The notes: generated by a model not told the origin, from the sequence alone. A DNA stretch of 48,820 nt from Janthinobacterium sp. (GCA_047623125.1 JBLHNV010000001.1:1-48820), one strand, 5' to 3'. Positions 18,215-28,174 are shown, numbered from the stretch's first letter. Numbers and translations are program-made.

Positions 18215-21200
18215 GACGCATCAGCTCCTTGAGTCGGGTCGTGTATTGTTGCAGTTGAAAGCGGGTCGCCATGTCGCGCAGTTCCGACGTGACCGCGCTG
18301 CAAGAAGGCGTTTCGCGTTCGAGTTCGGCGAGGTTTTTCAGTATGCCCTTGATGTGGCCCAGCGCACCAAGTTCTAGCAGTATCGCCAGTGCGGCCCTTG
18401 ATGGCGTCGTGCTTGCCGGTTGATCGACACGCTCTGGCTCTGGCTCTGGCAGCGGCAGCAACGGCGTGGCATCGCCGCGCCACACCAGGCCTAGCTGCTG
18501 CTTGACCTTGGACAGCAATTCCAGCATCGACACCGGCTTGACGATGAAGCCATCGTGGCACGGGAACTCGGTCCGGTCCGATGTCATGTCGAAGGCATTG
18601 GCAGAAACGATCAGAATCGGCGTTGTCGTGTTGCCTTGATTGCGAATGGCGCGGCTCACTGCCCAGCCATCCATTAACGGCATGGCGATATCGAGCAGCA
18701 CCAGATCGGGCGGGCGCGCTGCCATCTCGATCAGACAGGCGATGCCGCCATCGGCTTCGACGATGTCAAAGCCGATCGGTTGCAACATCCCGGCCAGCAT
18801 CTTGCGTTGCGACGCCTGGTCGTCGACGATCAGTATCCGTCGCCGTTTGCCTTCGTAGCCGGACACCGGATAGTCGAGTTGCAATTGCGGGTGTGGCGTC
18901 GCCACTTCCGCCAGACGCAGCTTGAGCGTGAAAGTGCTGCCGTTGCCAGGCTCGCTTTTGACCGACAGATCGCCGCCCATGATGTGGGTGAGCATGCTGC
19001 TGATGGTCAAGCCGAGACCGGTGCCGACGTCTTCGCGCAAATCGGCGCTTGAGCTGCGCTCGAATGGATGAAAGATGCGCTCGATATCGCTGCCGGAAAT
19101 GCCGATGCCGGTGTCCGCTATCGAGAACTGCGCCATGTCGCGCACGTAATGCAGCCTGAACGTGACCGCCCCGGTATCGGTGAATTTAATCGCGTTGCCC
19201 AGCAAGTTGATGAGGATCTGGCGCAATCGCTTATGGTCGGCGCGCACCACTTGCGGCATGCGTCCGCTTTCGATGAATTCGAAGCGTAGCCCTTTCGCGG
19301 CGGCCAGCGGGGCAAACATGCGGCTGATCTGATCAAGAAAGTCGCTTAAAAACAGCTCGCCCGATTCGAGCTGCATCTTGCCCGACTCTATCTTGGCGAT
19401 ATCGAGCAAACCGTCGATCAGGCTGAGCAAGTGATTGCCGCTGCGTTGTATGACGTTGATCGATTCCCTGCGGCGCTCGGGAATGGCAGGGTCAAATTGC
19501 AATATCTGGGCATAGCCGAGGATGCTGTTCAGTGGTGTGCGCAGTTCATGGCTCATGCCGGTGACAAAGCGGCTCTTGGCCAGGTTGGCAAATTCTGCAA
19601 CTTCCTTGGCGCGCTGCAATTGGGTATCGGTTTCTTTGTGGGCTTCGATTTCCTGCATCAGCAAATGCGTTTGCCGATCCGATTCCTGCTGCGCGAGGCG
19701 CCTGCTTTCGCTGCTGAGCACGATCCACCAGACGCCGACGCCGGTCAGCAGCAGCAATGAAAAAAACAATTTGATGAGAATGCTGCGCAGTGTCTGCGGC
19801 GTGTAACTTTGTAACTGTGCCGGCAAGGCCGTCAGGCTGGCCATCTCCTCGTAATACAGCAGCCACAGCAGCATGGCCAGCCCCGTGCTCAGCAAGCCGA
19901 GCAACACTACGTAATGGCCGAGGCGCGAATGCAGCTTGAAGACCCAGCGCTGCGGCAGCACCGTTTGCATCAGAGCGTCGACTTGATCGGGCAGCCGTGA
20001 CGCGACCTTGCAGCGATCCTGGCAACGCACGTCCAATGAACAGCACAGCGAACAAATCGGCCCCTGATAAGCGGGGCAACCGGCCATGTCTTCCGCTTCA
20101 AACGTGTTTTTGCAAATGATGCATGGTGCCCCTGCCTTGCCAAATTTGGACAGCGTGTCTGAGCGCGCGATGTAGTAACGGCCACCGGTGGCCAGCGCAA
20201 TCAGCGGTGCAATGATGATCGCGCTGGCCAAGCCAATGAATGGGGATAGCGCCTGCGCCGTTGGCCCGATGACGCCTGACAGTGCCGTTGCCGACAAGGC
20301 CAGTGCGCCCAGCATCGCGCCGACGCCGACTGGATTGATGTCATATAAATGGGCGCGCTTGAATTCGATATGGGGCGGGCTCAGTCCCAGCGGCTTGTTG
20401 ATGGCCAGATCGGCGACGACAGCGCCGATCCACGACGTGGCCACCAGCGCATACAGTTCGAGCACATGTTCGAGCGCCGTAAAGACGCCCATTTCCATCA
20501 GACAAACAGCGATCAGTACGTTGAAAACGAGCCATACCACGCGCCCCGGATGGTGATGGGTCAGGCGCGAGAAAAAATTCGACCAGGCCAGCGAGCCGGC
20601 ATAAGCGTTCGTCACATTGATTTTGATTTGTGATACGACGACGAATAAGGTCACCGAGGCCAGTACCCATGCCGGATCCGTAAATACATAGCTGAAAGCA
20701 ACCAGATACATCTGGGTCGGCTCTATCGCCTTCGCGTACGGGATGGCATGCTCAATGGCAAGGTAGGTCAACAAGGCACCGCCCAGCATTTTTGCGGCCC
20801 CCAGAAAAATCCAGCCGGGTCCGGCCAGCAGCAGTGCGGACCACCAGCGGAACCGGTTGGCGCGGGTTTTTTCCGGCAGAAAGCGCAGAAAATCGACCTG
20901 TTCTCCGATTTGCGCCATCAATGCAAACGGTACCGTCGCAGCAGCACCAAACAGCGCCAGATTGAAAGAGGTAACGCCTTCGGCCCGGCCGTTGAAGGCC
21001 AGCAGGCCTTGGATGATGCCCGGTTCCTTGTATAGCACGCACGCATAGGGCAACACCAGCAGCACGATCCAGATCGGTTGCGTCCACAGTTGCAGGCGGC
21101 TGATCCAGGTGATGCCATAGGCGACGAGCGGGATGATCACGATCGAGCAGGCAACATAGCCGAGCGCCAGAGGCAGCCCGAAATACATGTCCAGCGCCTG

Positions 21201-21617
21201 CGCCATGATCGACGCTTCCAGCGCGAAAAATATGAACGTGAACGAGGCGTAGATCAGCGATGTGATGGTGGATCCGATGTAGCCGAAACCTGCACCGCGC
21301 GTCAGCAAATCCATGTCGACGCCGTATTTTGCCGCGTAATAGCTGATCGGCAAGCCGGTCAGGAAAATGAGCAGCGCGACGCACAGGATCGCCCAGAACG
21401 CATTTGAAAATCCATAACTGAGGGTAATGGCGCCGCCGATCGCTTCCAGCGCCAGGAACGAGACCGCGCCCAGCGCCGTGTTGGCCAGGCTGAATTCGGA
21501 CCACTTGCGAAAAGCGCGCGGCGTGAAACGCAGCGCGTAATCTTCCAACGTTTCATTGGCAACCCACGTGTTGTAGTCGCGCCGGATCTCGATGATGCGC
21601 TGGGCAGGGGCCGTTAT
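18198..21617 (-). CDS. Hybrid sensor histidine kinase with N-terminal permease-like (NCS1/purine-cytosine permease-like) membrane domain, 8-Cys module, HisKA-HATPase-REC
   Basis: About 500-aa polytopic N-terminus; CxxC-x11-C-x7-CxxCC-x5-C-x3-C; SHELRTPLN H-box; NLLGNAIKF, DTGIG, GTGLGL; DLVLLDIAMP receiver. ORF is open to 21671; start uncertain. Confidence 0.9.
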   Translation of the reverse strand: MTAPAQRIIEIRRDYNTWVANETLEDYALRFTPRAFRKWSEFSLANTALGAVSFLALEAIGGAITLSYGFSNAFWAILCVALLIFLTGLPISYYAAKYGVDMDLLTRGAGFGYIGSTITSLIYASFTFIFFALEASIMAQALDMYFGLPLALGYVACSIVIIPLVAYGITWISRLQLWTQPIWIVLLVLPYACVLYKEPGIIQGLLAFNGRAEGVTSFNLALFGAAATVPFALMAQIGEQVDFLRFLPEKTRANRFRWWSALLLAGPGWIFLGAAKMLGGALLTYLAIEHAIPYAKAIEPTQMYLVAFSYVFTDPAWVLASVTLFVVVSQIKINVTNAYAGSLAWSNFFSRLTHHHPGRVVWLVFNVLIAVCLMEMGVFTALEHVLELYALVATSWIGAVVADLAINKPLGLSPPHIEFKRAHLYDINPVGVGAMLGALALSATALSGVIGPTAQALSPFIGLASAIIIAPLIALATGGRYYIARSDTLSKFGKAGAPCIICKNTFEAEDMAGCPAYQGPICSLCCSLDVRCQDRCKVASRLPDQVDALMQTVLPQRWVFKLHSRLGHYVVLLGLLSTGLAMLLWLLYYEEMASLTALPAQLQSYTPQTLRSILIKLFFSLLLLTGVGVWWIVLSSESRRLAQQESDRQTHLLMQEIEAHKETDTQLQRAKEVAEFANLAKSRFVTGMSHELRTPLNSILGYAQILQFDPAIPERRRESINVIQRSGNHLLSLIDGLLDIAKIESGKMQLESGELFLSDFLDQISRMFAPLAAAKGLRFEFIESGRMPQVVRADHKRLRQILINLLGNAIKFTDTGAVTFRLHYVRDMAQFSIADTGIGISGSDIERIFHPFERSSSADLREDVGTGLGLTISSMLTHIMGGDLSVKSEPGNGSTFTLKLRLAEVATPHPQLQLDYPVSGYEGKRRRILIVDDQASQRKMLAGMLQPIGFDIVEADGGIACLIEMAARPPDLVLLDIAMPLMDGWAVSRAIRNQGNTTTPILIVSANAFDMTSDRTEFPCHDGFIVKPVSMLELLSKVKQQLGLVWRGDATPLLPLPEPEPERVDQPASTTPSRAALAILLELGALGHIKGILKNLAELERETPSCSAVTSELRDMATRFQLQQYTTRLKELMRHAAVQ

Positions 21618-21634
21618 GACGATGTTCTCCGATG

Positions 21635-21658
21635 TTAAGAGGCTATTTAAGAGGCTAT
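21635..21658. repeat. 12-bp tandem duplication in the kinase leader
   Basis: TTAAGAGGCTAT x2. Confidence 0.85.
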
Positions 21659-21682
21659 TGTAAAAATACACCTAAATACCAA

Positions 21683-21699
21683 AGCAATTTTCAAGCCTG
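21683..21699 (-). promoter_or_regulatory. sigma54 -24/-12 promoter for the kinase-RR operon
   Basis: Minus strand CAGGCTTGAAAATTGCT: GG-N10-GC with TTGC. Confidence 0.55.
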
Positions 21700-21776
21700 A
21701 AAATTCGGCTGGCACAAAACGCTGATTCGGCCTGCAGCCGCATGCGCTTGCGTTGGTCTGGCCGCTGCCAGCACGC

Positions 21777-21815
21777 AGCACTAAAGCAGGGCGCAATACG
21801 CACGATGTTGGTGCG
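21777..21815. promoter_or_regulatory. Tandem NtrC-type binding sites
   Basis: AGCACTAAAGCAGGGCG (21777-21793) and CGCACGATGTTGGTGCG (21799-21815); GCAC-N7-G(T/G)GC, centres 22 bp apart. Confidence 0.55.
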
Positions 21816-21897
21816 TCGAGCGCGGCGCTTCCCGCGGCCTGCCGCTGCAGTGGGCGAGGCCCCGGTCGGTGCCTTGCAAACGGGTCTGCGTACTTGC

Positions 21898-21915
21898 TTA
21901 CGTCAAATAACGTAT
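21898..21915. promoter_or_regulatory. Palindromic operator upstream of urtA (candidate site for the adjacent LuxR-type RR)
   Basis: TTACGTCAAATAACGTAT (TACGT-N6-ACGTA). Confidence 0.5.
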
Positions 21916-21928
21916 TGCTGCACTGCAC
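21915..21928 (-). promoter_or_regulatory. PhaR-like box at the urtA promoter
   Basis: Minus strand GTGCAGTGCAGCAA. Confidence 0.4.
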
Positions 21929-22042
21929 TACAACTTTTAATATGTGTACCGAGAAAACAACTTTCCAAGCCGCCAGCACCGCCGCTGACGACCAAGAATT
22001 TGAAATCATTTTTGAAACATCACCGTCTGAAAGGAATACCGC

Positions 22043-23290
22043 ATGTCTGTCATTTCTGATATCAAACTGGCTCAGCGTCGCAAGGTTTTGATGGGATTAG
22101 CCCTCGCTTCCACGATGGTGCTGCCATCGATGAGCTTTGCTCAGACTCCGCCCACGGCCAAGGTCAACATGACCAAGCTCGCCATTACCGACACCGAAGT
22201 CACTGTTGGCCAGTTGCACTCGGCCACCGGCACCATGGCCATCAGTGAAACGGGTTCGATCCAGGCCGAGCGCCTGGCCATTGAACAGATCAATGCGATG
22301 GGCGGAATACTGGGTCGCAAGATCAAGATCATTCAGGAAGACGGCGCCAGCGACTGGCCTACCTTTGCCGAAAAAGCGCGAAAACTGCTGGAGCGCGACC
22401 GCGTTGCCGCCGTTTTCGGTTGCTGGACATCGGCCTCACGTAAGGCCGTGTTGCCGATTTTCGAAAAAGAAAATGGCTTGCTATACTACCCGACTTTTTA
22501 TGAGGGGCTGGAGCAATCGAAGAACGTGATCTACACCGGACAGGAAGCGACGCAACAAGTTCTGGCCGGCCTTGACTGGATCGCCAAAGAGAAAAAGGCG
22601 AAAACCTTCTTCTTGGTTGGTTCCGATTACATCTGGCCGCGCACGTCGAACAAGATCGCGCGCAAGCATATCGAAAATGTGATCAAGGGTTCTGTTGTGG
22701 GTGAAGAGTACTACCCGCTCGGCAATACTCAGTTCGGCTCGCTGATCAACAAGATCAAGCTAAAAAAGCCCGATGTCATTTTTGCCGACATCGTTGGCGG
22801 CAGTAATGTTGCCTTCTACAAGCAATTGAAGGCGGCCGGCGTCACCGCAAAAACTCAGAATTTGCTGACACTGTCGGTGACCGAAGATGAAATGCTGGGT
22901 ATCGGCGGTGAAAACGTCGAAGGTTTCTATGCTTCGATGAAATACTTTCAAAGCCTTGATGGTCCCAATAACAAGAAGTTCGTCGATGCGTTTAAGGCCA
23001 AATATGGTGCCAACGCGGTGATGGGCGATGTCACGCAAGCGGCCTATCTGGGACCGTGGCTGTGGAAAGCCGCCGTCGAAAAAGCTGGTAGTTTCGACGT
23101 TGATAAAGTCGTCGCCGCATCCCCTGGCATCGAACTGAAGATTGCACCGGAAGGCTACGTCAAGGTTCATCCAAACCACCATCTGTGGAGCAAGACGCGC
23201 ATTGGTCAGGCCCAGAGCAATGGCCAGTTCAAGGTGGTCTACGAATCCGAGCTGATCGAGCCTAATCCGTTCCCTAAAGGCTATCAATAA
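22043..23290 (+). CDS. urtA: Urea/short-chain amide ABC substrate-binding protein (UrtA/FmdD)
   Basis: LHSATGTMAISE, DGASDWPTFAEK, FGCWTSASRK, YEGLE, GSDYIWPR; twin-Arg-like QRRKVL signal. Confidence 0.92.
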   Translation: MSVISDIKLAQRRKVLMGLALASTMVLPSMSFAQTPPTAKVNMTKLAITDTEVTVGQLHSATGTMAISETGSIQAERLAIEQINAMGGILGRKIKIIQEDGASDWPTFAEKARKLLERDRVAAVFGCWTSASRKAVLPIFEKENGLLYYPTFYEGLEQSKNVIYTGQEATQQVLAGLDWIAKEKKAKTFFLVGSDYIWPRTSNKIARKHIENVIKGSVVGEEYYPLGNTQFGSLINKIKLKKPDVIFADIVGGSNVAFYKQLKAAGVTAKTQNLLTLSVTEDEMLGIGGENVEGFYASMKYFQSLDGPNNKKFVDAFKAKYGANAVMGDVTQAAYLGPWLWKAAVEKAGSFDVDKVVAASPGIELKIAPEGYVKVHPNHHLWSKTRIGQAQSNGQFKVVYESELIEPNPFPKGYQ

Positions 23291-23356
23291 TTGAGCACGG
23301 CGCAGTGCCGGCGTTTCGTCTGCCTGCGCATTTTATTTTCAGCAACAGGAGTTGCC

Positions 23357-24274
23357 ATGAGCTGGTTATCCGAATTCGGTGCCATTTTTGCGATGCAGGG
23401 CTTCAACGGCCTGTCGGTATTTTGCGTGCTGCTGTTGATGGCACTGGGTCTGGCCATCATTTTCGGGCAAATGGGCGTCATCAACATGGCACATGGCGAG
23501 TTCCTCACCATCGGTGCCTACACTACCTATTTATTGTCGTCGCTGACGATGCAATACGCGCCAGCGTTTTTGCCCTATTATTTTTTCCTGGCCATTGTGC
23601 TGTCGTTCCTGTGTGCCTATGGATTTGGCTACCTGACCGAACGGCTCATGATCAGCCGCCTGTACCGGCGCCCGCTCGATACGCTGCTGGCGACTTGGGG
23701 CTTGAGCTTGATCATGCAGCAAAGTTTCCGCTCTATCTTCGGGGCCAGGGAAGTGAGTGCCACGCTGCCCGATTGGCTGATGGGATCGGTCAAGCCGAGT
23801 GAAAACATCGATATTCCGTTGAACGGCTTGTTCACGATGGGCCTCACGGTCGTGATGACCGGCGGTATCTTCCTGTTGTTGTTTCGTTCGCGCTGGGGTT
23901 TGCAAGTGCGCGCCACGATGCAAAATCGTCTGATGAGCGGCGCCGTCGGCATCAATACCCGCAAGGCTGATCGGACCACTTTTGCGCTCGGGTGCGGCGT
24001 TGCCGGCGTGGCCGGATCGGCGTTCTCGACGATCGGCTCAACCGGTCCCAACAGTGGCTCGCTGTATATCGTCGATACCTTCCTGGTGGTCGTCTTCGGC
24101 GGTGCCCAGAGCCTGATCGGCACGATTGCTTCGGCATTTGCGATCGCTCAAACCCAGTCGCTAGCCGAATTTTTCCTGTCCGGATCGATGGCCAAGGTAC
24201 TCACGCTGTCGGTGGTGGTGCTAATTTTCATGCTGCGTCCGCAGGGATTGTTTTCGGCAAAAGTGCGCAAATAG
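23357..24274 (+). CDS. urtB: Urea/amide ABC permease UrtB (short form)
   Basis: ALGLAIIFGQMGVINMAHGEF, DTLLATWG; AGGAG RBS. Confidence 0.9.
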   Translation: MSWLSEFGAIFAMQGFNGLSVFCVLLLMALGLAIIFGQMGVINMAHGEFLTIGAYTTYLLSSLTMQYAPAFLPYYFFLAIVLSFLCAYGFGYLTERLMISRLYRRPLDTLLATWGLSLIMQQSFRSIFGAREVSATLPDWLMGSVKPSENIDIPLNGLFTMGLTVVMTGGIFLLLFRSRWGLQVRATMQNRLMSGAVGINTRKADRTTFALGCGVAGVAGSAFSTIGSTGPNSGSLYIVDTFLVVVFGGAQSLIGTIASAFAIAQTQSLAEFFLSGSMAKVLTLSVVVLIFMLRPQGLFSAKVRK

Positions 24275-24352
24275 CGCGCCACAAGTAGCTCACGTCAGGC
24301 AGTACGCACAGGTCGTATGTCACCAGTAGCACGCTCGTTCTAAGGATGAATC

Positions 24353-25522
24353 ATGAATGCAATATATAAAAATTTGCTGGGCGGACGCGAAGGCACGATT
24401 GGGCTGCTGATACTGAGCGCTCTGTTGCTGGTCGTTTTTCCGCTGTTGCTCGACAGCTTTCGACTCAGCATGGTCGGAAAATACCTGTCGTATGCGTTTG
24501 TCGCCGTCGGGCTGGTGCTGTGCTGGGGGTATGGCGGCATTCTCAGTCTGGGCCAGGGCGTGTTCTTTGGCCTTGGCGGTTACTGCATGGCGATGTTCTT
24601 GAAGCTGGAAGCGTCGGACCCCATCAGCACCAAGATCCAATCGACGCCTGGCATCCCCGACTTCATGGACTGGAACCAGATTACCGAATTGCCGCTGCTG
24701 TGGCAACCGTTCCACAGCCTGAGCTGGACCTTGCTGGCAGTGATTCTGGTGCCAACGTTGCTGGCCTTCATCATCGGCGTGGCGATGTTCAAACGCCGCG
24801 TCGGGGATGTGTATTTTTCGATCGTGACCCAGGCCATTGCGGCGATTCTGGCGATCCTGATCGTGGGGCAGCAAGGCTATACCGGTGGTGTCAACGGCAT
24901 CACCGATCTGAGGACCTTTCTGGGCTGGGATATCCGCACCGACTCGGCCAGAATGATCATGTACTTCATCTGCGTGTTCCTGCTGCTGGCATGCATTCTG
25001 TTTGGTCGCTTGATCCTGACATCGAAGCTGGGCCGCTTGCTGCTGGCGATGCGCGACAAGGAGGAGCGGGTGCGCTTCTCTGGCTACGACGTGGCCAGTT
25101 TCAAGATCTTCGTGTTTTCTGTTGCGGCCGCCTTCGCCGGAATCGGTGGTGCCATGTTCACGCTGCAAGTGGGCTTCATGTCGCCCTCGTTTGTCGGCAT
25201 TGTGCCATCGATCGAAATGGTGATCTTTGCCGCTGTTGGTGGGCGCATGTCGTTGCTGGGCGCCGTGTATGGCGCTTTGCTGGTCAATTTCGGCAAGACC
25301 TATTTTTCCGAGACGCTGCCTGAATTATGGCTGTTCCTGATGGGCGGTCTGTTCATCACGGTAGTGATGTATTTCCCCAATGGCCTGGCCGGCTTGTACG
25401 ACAGTCACGGCAAGCCATGGTTTCTGCGGCTCTGGTGTCGTCTCGGGACCAGCGCGCCGGTGGCAGATGAGAAGGCCGAACCGGTGGTCATGAATGTAGT
25501 GCAAGCGAAGGCGTCCAAATGA
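24353..25522 (+). CDS. urtC: Urea/amide ABC permease UrtC
   Basis: WGYGGILSLGQG, PDFMDW, SIEMVIFAAVGGR motifs. Confidence 0.9.
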   Translation: MNAIYKNLLGGREGTIGLLILSALLLVVFPLLLDSFRLSMVGKYLSYAFVAVGLVLCWGYGGILSLGQGVFFGLGGYCMAMFLKLEASDPISTKIQSTPGIPDFMDWNQITELPLLWQPFHSLSWTLLAVILVPTLLAFIIGVAMFKRRVGDVYFSIVTQAIAAILAILIVGQQGYTGGVNGITDLRTFLGWDIRTDSARMIMYFICVFLLLACILFGRLILTSKLGRLLLAMRDKEERVRFSGYDVASFKIFVFSVAAAFAGIGGAMFTLQVGFMSPSFVGIVPSIEMVIFAAVGGRMSLLGAVYGALLVNFGKTYFSETLPELWLFLMGGLFITVVMYFPNGLAGLYDSHGKPWFLRLWCRLGTSAPVADEKAEPVVMNVVQAKASK

Positions 25523-26286
25523 GCAAAGCACCGATAGGCATGCAAAACATGAATCGTCCGGTACTCTCGGTTGAGGGATTGACCGTGTCATTCGACGGTT
25601 TCAAGGCGGTCGATAACCTGAACCTGTATGTCAGCCGCAATGAGGTGCACGTGGTGATCGGCCCGAACGGTGCCGGTAAAACCACGTTGCTCGATTTGAT
25701 CTGCGGCAAGACTCAAGCCACTGCCGGCAGCATCCGCTTCAAGGACCGCGAACTGACCAAGATGCGCGAGCATGACATCGTGCGCGCCGGTGTCGGCCGC
25801 AAGTTCCAGACACCATCGATCTATGAAAGCCTGAGCGTGTATGAAAACCTGGAAATGTCCTTTCCACGCGGGCGCAGCGTGCTGGGCGCGCTTACTTTCA
25901 AGCGCTCGCAAGATGTCATCGAGCGCGTCGCGCAGGTTGCCGATGACATTTTCCTCAGTGCGCATTTGTACGAACAAGCCGACCTGCTGTCGCACGGACA
26001 AAAACAATGGCTGGAAATCGGCATGTTGTTGATGCAGGAACCGGAATTGATGATGTTGGATGAACCGGTCGCCGGCATGAGCGTTTCCGAACGCAGCAAG
26101 ACCGCTGAACTGTTGAATCGCATCAGCGCGGGGCGCTCGGTGCTGGTCATCGAGCATGACATGGAGTTCGTCAAGAGCATCGCGCACAAGGTGACGGTGC
26201 TGCATCAGGGCAAGGTGCTGGCCGAGGGCAGCATGGAATCGGTGCAAGCGAATCCGAAGGTTATCGAAGTCTATCTCGGCCATTGA
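25519..26286 (+). CDS. urtD: Urea/amide ABC ATPase UrtD
   Basis: SFDGFKA, GPNGAGKTT, LSHGQKQWLEIGM motifs. Confidence 0.92.
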   Translation: MSKAPIGMQNMNRPVLSVEGLTVSFDGFKAVDNLNLYVSRNEVHVVIGPNGAGKTTLLDLICGKTQATAGSIRFKDRELTKMREHDIVRAGVGRKFQTPSIYESLSVYENLEMSFPRGRSVLGALTFKRSQDVIERVAQVADDIFLSAHLYEQADLLSHGQKQWLEIGMLLMQEPELMMLDEPVAGMSVSERSKTAELLNRISAGRSVLVIEHDMEFVKSIAHKVTVLHQGKVLAEGSMESVQANPKVIEVYLGH

Positions 26287-26349
26287 AACCGATGATGTAC
26301 TAACCCCCTAATCACGCAACTAATTAATCAACCAAGCGAGCAAAACGCC

Positions 26350-27039
26350 ATGTTCAACATTTCGAATCTCGTTTCAGGCTATGGCCAGAGCGAAGTGATC
26401 CATGACATCAGTCTGTCGGTTCCCAAAATGGAGATTGTGGCCATCATGGGGCGCAATGGCATGGGCAAGACGACCTTGTTCAAGACGCTGATGGGCATAT
26501 TGCCGCAGCGCAGCGGTAGCGTCGAACTCGACGGTGTGCAGCTCGGGGCGCTGGAAAGCTACCAGCGCGTGGCCAGCGGCATTGCCTACGTGCCACAAGG
26601 ACGGATGATTTTTCCGAACATGACGGTGCTGGAAAATATCCAGACCGGCCTCGCTGCCAAGGCCGGCGGCAAGGTGCCCGACGAACTGTATGCACTCTTT
26701 CCGGTGCTGTACGAGATGCGCAATCGCAAGGGCGGCAATCTGTCCGGCGGCCAGCAGCAGCAACTGGCCATTGCGCGCGCGCTCGCGACCGATCCGAAGG
26801 TGTTGTTGCTCGACGAGCCGACCGAAGGCATACAGCCTTCGATCATCAAGGATATCGCTAGAAGCCTGAAGGAAATTCGCACGATGCGCGAACTGACGAT
26901 CATCGTCTCCGAGCAGGTGCTCAGCTTCACGCTCGACATCGCCGACCGCTTTCTGGTCATCGACAAGGGCCGCTTTGTCTATGAGGATGTGCGTGCCAAT
27001 GTCGATGCGCCCACCATCAGCAGCTATTTGTCGGTCTGA
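26350..27039 (+). CDS. urtE: Urea/amide ABC ATPase UrtE
   Basis: [36 protein letters not shown] motifs. Confidence 0.92.
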   Translation: MFNISNLVSGYGQSEVIHDISLSVPKMEIVAIMGRNGMGKTTLFKTLMGILPQRSGSVELDGVQLGALESYQRVASGIAYVPQGRMIFPNMTVLENIQTGLAAKAGGKVPDELYALFPVLYEMRNRKGGNLSGGQQQQLAIARALATDPKVLLLDEPTEGIQPSIIKDIARSLKEIRTMRELTIIVSEQVLSFTLDIADRFLVIDKGRFVYEDVRANVDAPTISSYLSV

Positions 27040-27109
27040 TGTCAATCCAAGGCCGATCCGGCATCAGTGGTTTACACCATCCATTTGCCTTACCAACGAA
27101 GGAGTCACA

Positions 27110-28147
27110 ATGCGACACGGAGACATATCGAGCAGCAATGACACTGTCGGCGTAGCGGTCGTCAATTACAAGATGCCGCGCTTGCATACCAAGGAACAGG
27201 TGCTGGCCAACGCCCACGCCATCGGCGAGATGCTGATCGGCATGAAGAGCGGTTTGCCTGGCATGGATCTGGTCATTTTTCCTGAATATTCGACCCACGG
27301 CATCATGTACGACGCGCAGGAAATGTATGACACCGCGTCCACGATACCCGGCCCCGAAACCGACGTTTTTGCCGCAGCTTGCCGCAAAGCCAATGTCTGG
27401 GGCGTGTTTTCGATCACCGGTGAGCAGCACGAAGAACATCCGAACAAGGCGCCATACAACACGCTGATCCTGATGAATAATCTGGGCGAGATCGTGCAGA
27501 AATACCGCAAGATCATGCCGTGGACGCCGATCGAAGGATGGTATCCGGGCGATGCCACCTATGTCTGCGACGGGCCGAAAGGGATGAAGATCAGCCTGAT
27601 TATTTGCGACGACGGCAACTATCCTGAAATCTGGCGCGATTGCTCGATGAAGGGCGCCGAGCTGATCGTGCGCTGCCAGGGCTATATGTATCCGTCGAAA
27701 GAGCAGCAGGTGCTGGTCTCGAAAGCGATGGCCTTCATGAACAATGTCTACGTCGCTGTCGCTAACGCCACCGGCTTCGACGGCGTGTATTCGTACTTTG
27801 GCCATTCGGCGCTGATCGGCTACGACGGGCGTACGCTGGGTGAATGCGGCACTGAAGAGATGGGCATCAACTACGCCGAGCTGTCGGTGAGCAGTATCCG
27901 CGATGCGCGCCGCAACGGGCAATCGCAAAATCACCTGTACAAATTGCTGCACCGAGGCTACACCGGCACCATCAATTCCGGCGAAGATCCGGCCGGCGTC
28001 GCCGATTGCCCCTTCGATTTCTATAAGACCTGGGTCAATGATCCACAAGCGGCCCGGGCCCAGTCCGAAGCGCTCACCCGCACCACAGCCGGCACGCCGG
28101 AATGCCCGATCGCCGGCATCCCGAACGGTGCCACCTTGAACACCTGA
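27110..28147 (+). CDS. amiE: Aliphatic amidase (nitrilase superfamily)
   Basis: [21 protein letters not shown]-terminus; Glu-Lys-Cys triad in [21 protein letters not shown]. Confidence 0.95.
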   Translation: MRHGDISSSNDTVGVAVVNYKMPRLHTKEQVLANAHAIGEMLIGMKSGLPGMDLVIFPEYSTHGIMYDAQEMYDTASTIPGPETDVFAAACRKANVWGVFSITGEQHEEHPNKAPYNTLILMNNLGEIVQKYRKIMPWTPIEGWYPGDATYVCDGPKGMKISLIICDDGNYPEIWRDCSMKGAELIVRCQGYMYPSKEQQVLVSKAMAFMNNVYVAVANATGFDGVYSYFGHSALIGYDGRTLGECGTEEMGINYAELSVSSIRDARRNGQSQNHLYKLLHRGYTGTINSGEDPAGVADCPFDFYKTWVNDPQAARAQSEALTRTTAGTPECPIAGIPNGATLNT

Positions 28148-28174
28148 AGCGCATTTTTTGACTAGGGGAACTCC

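Noticed and set aside
21862-21897. sigma54 promoter for urtA
   Set aside because: CCGGTCGGTGCCTTGCA has the right spacing but a poor -24 element; the second candidate (GGGTCTGCGTACTTGC) is off by one base.
27040-27109. AmiR/ANTAR antitermination leader before amiE
   Set aside because: Only two tiny hairpins without the ANTAR hexaloop pattern, no terminator, and no ANTAR protein in the window.
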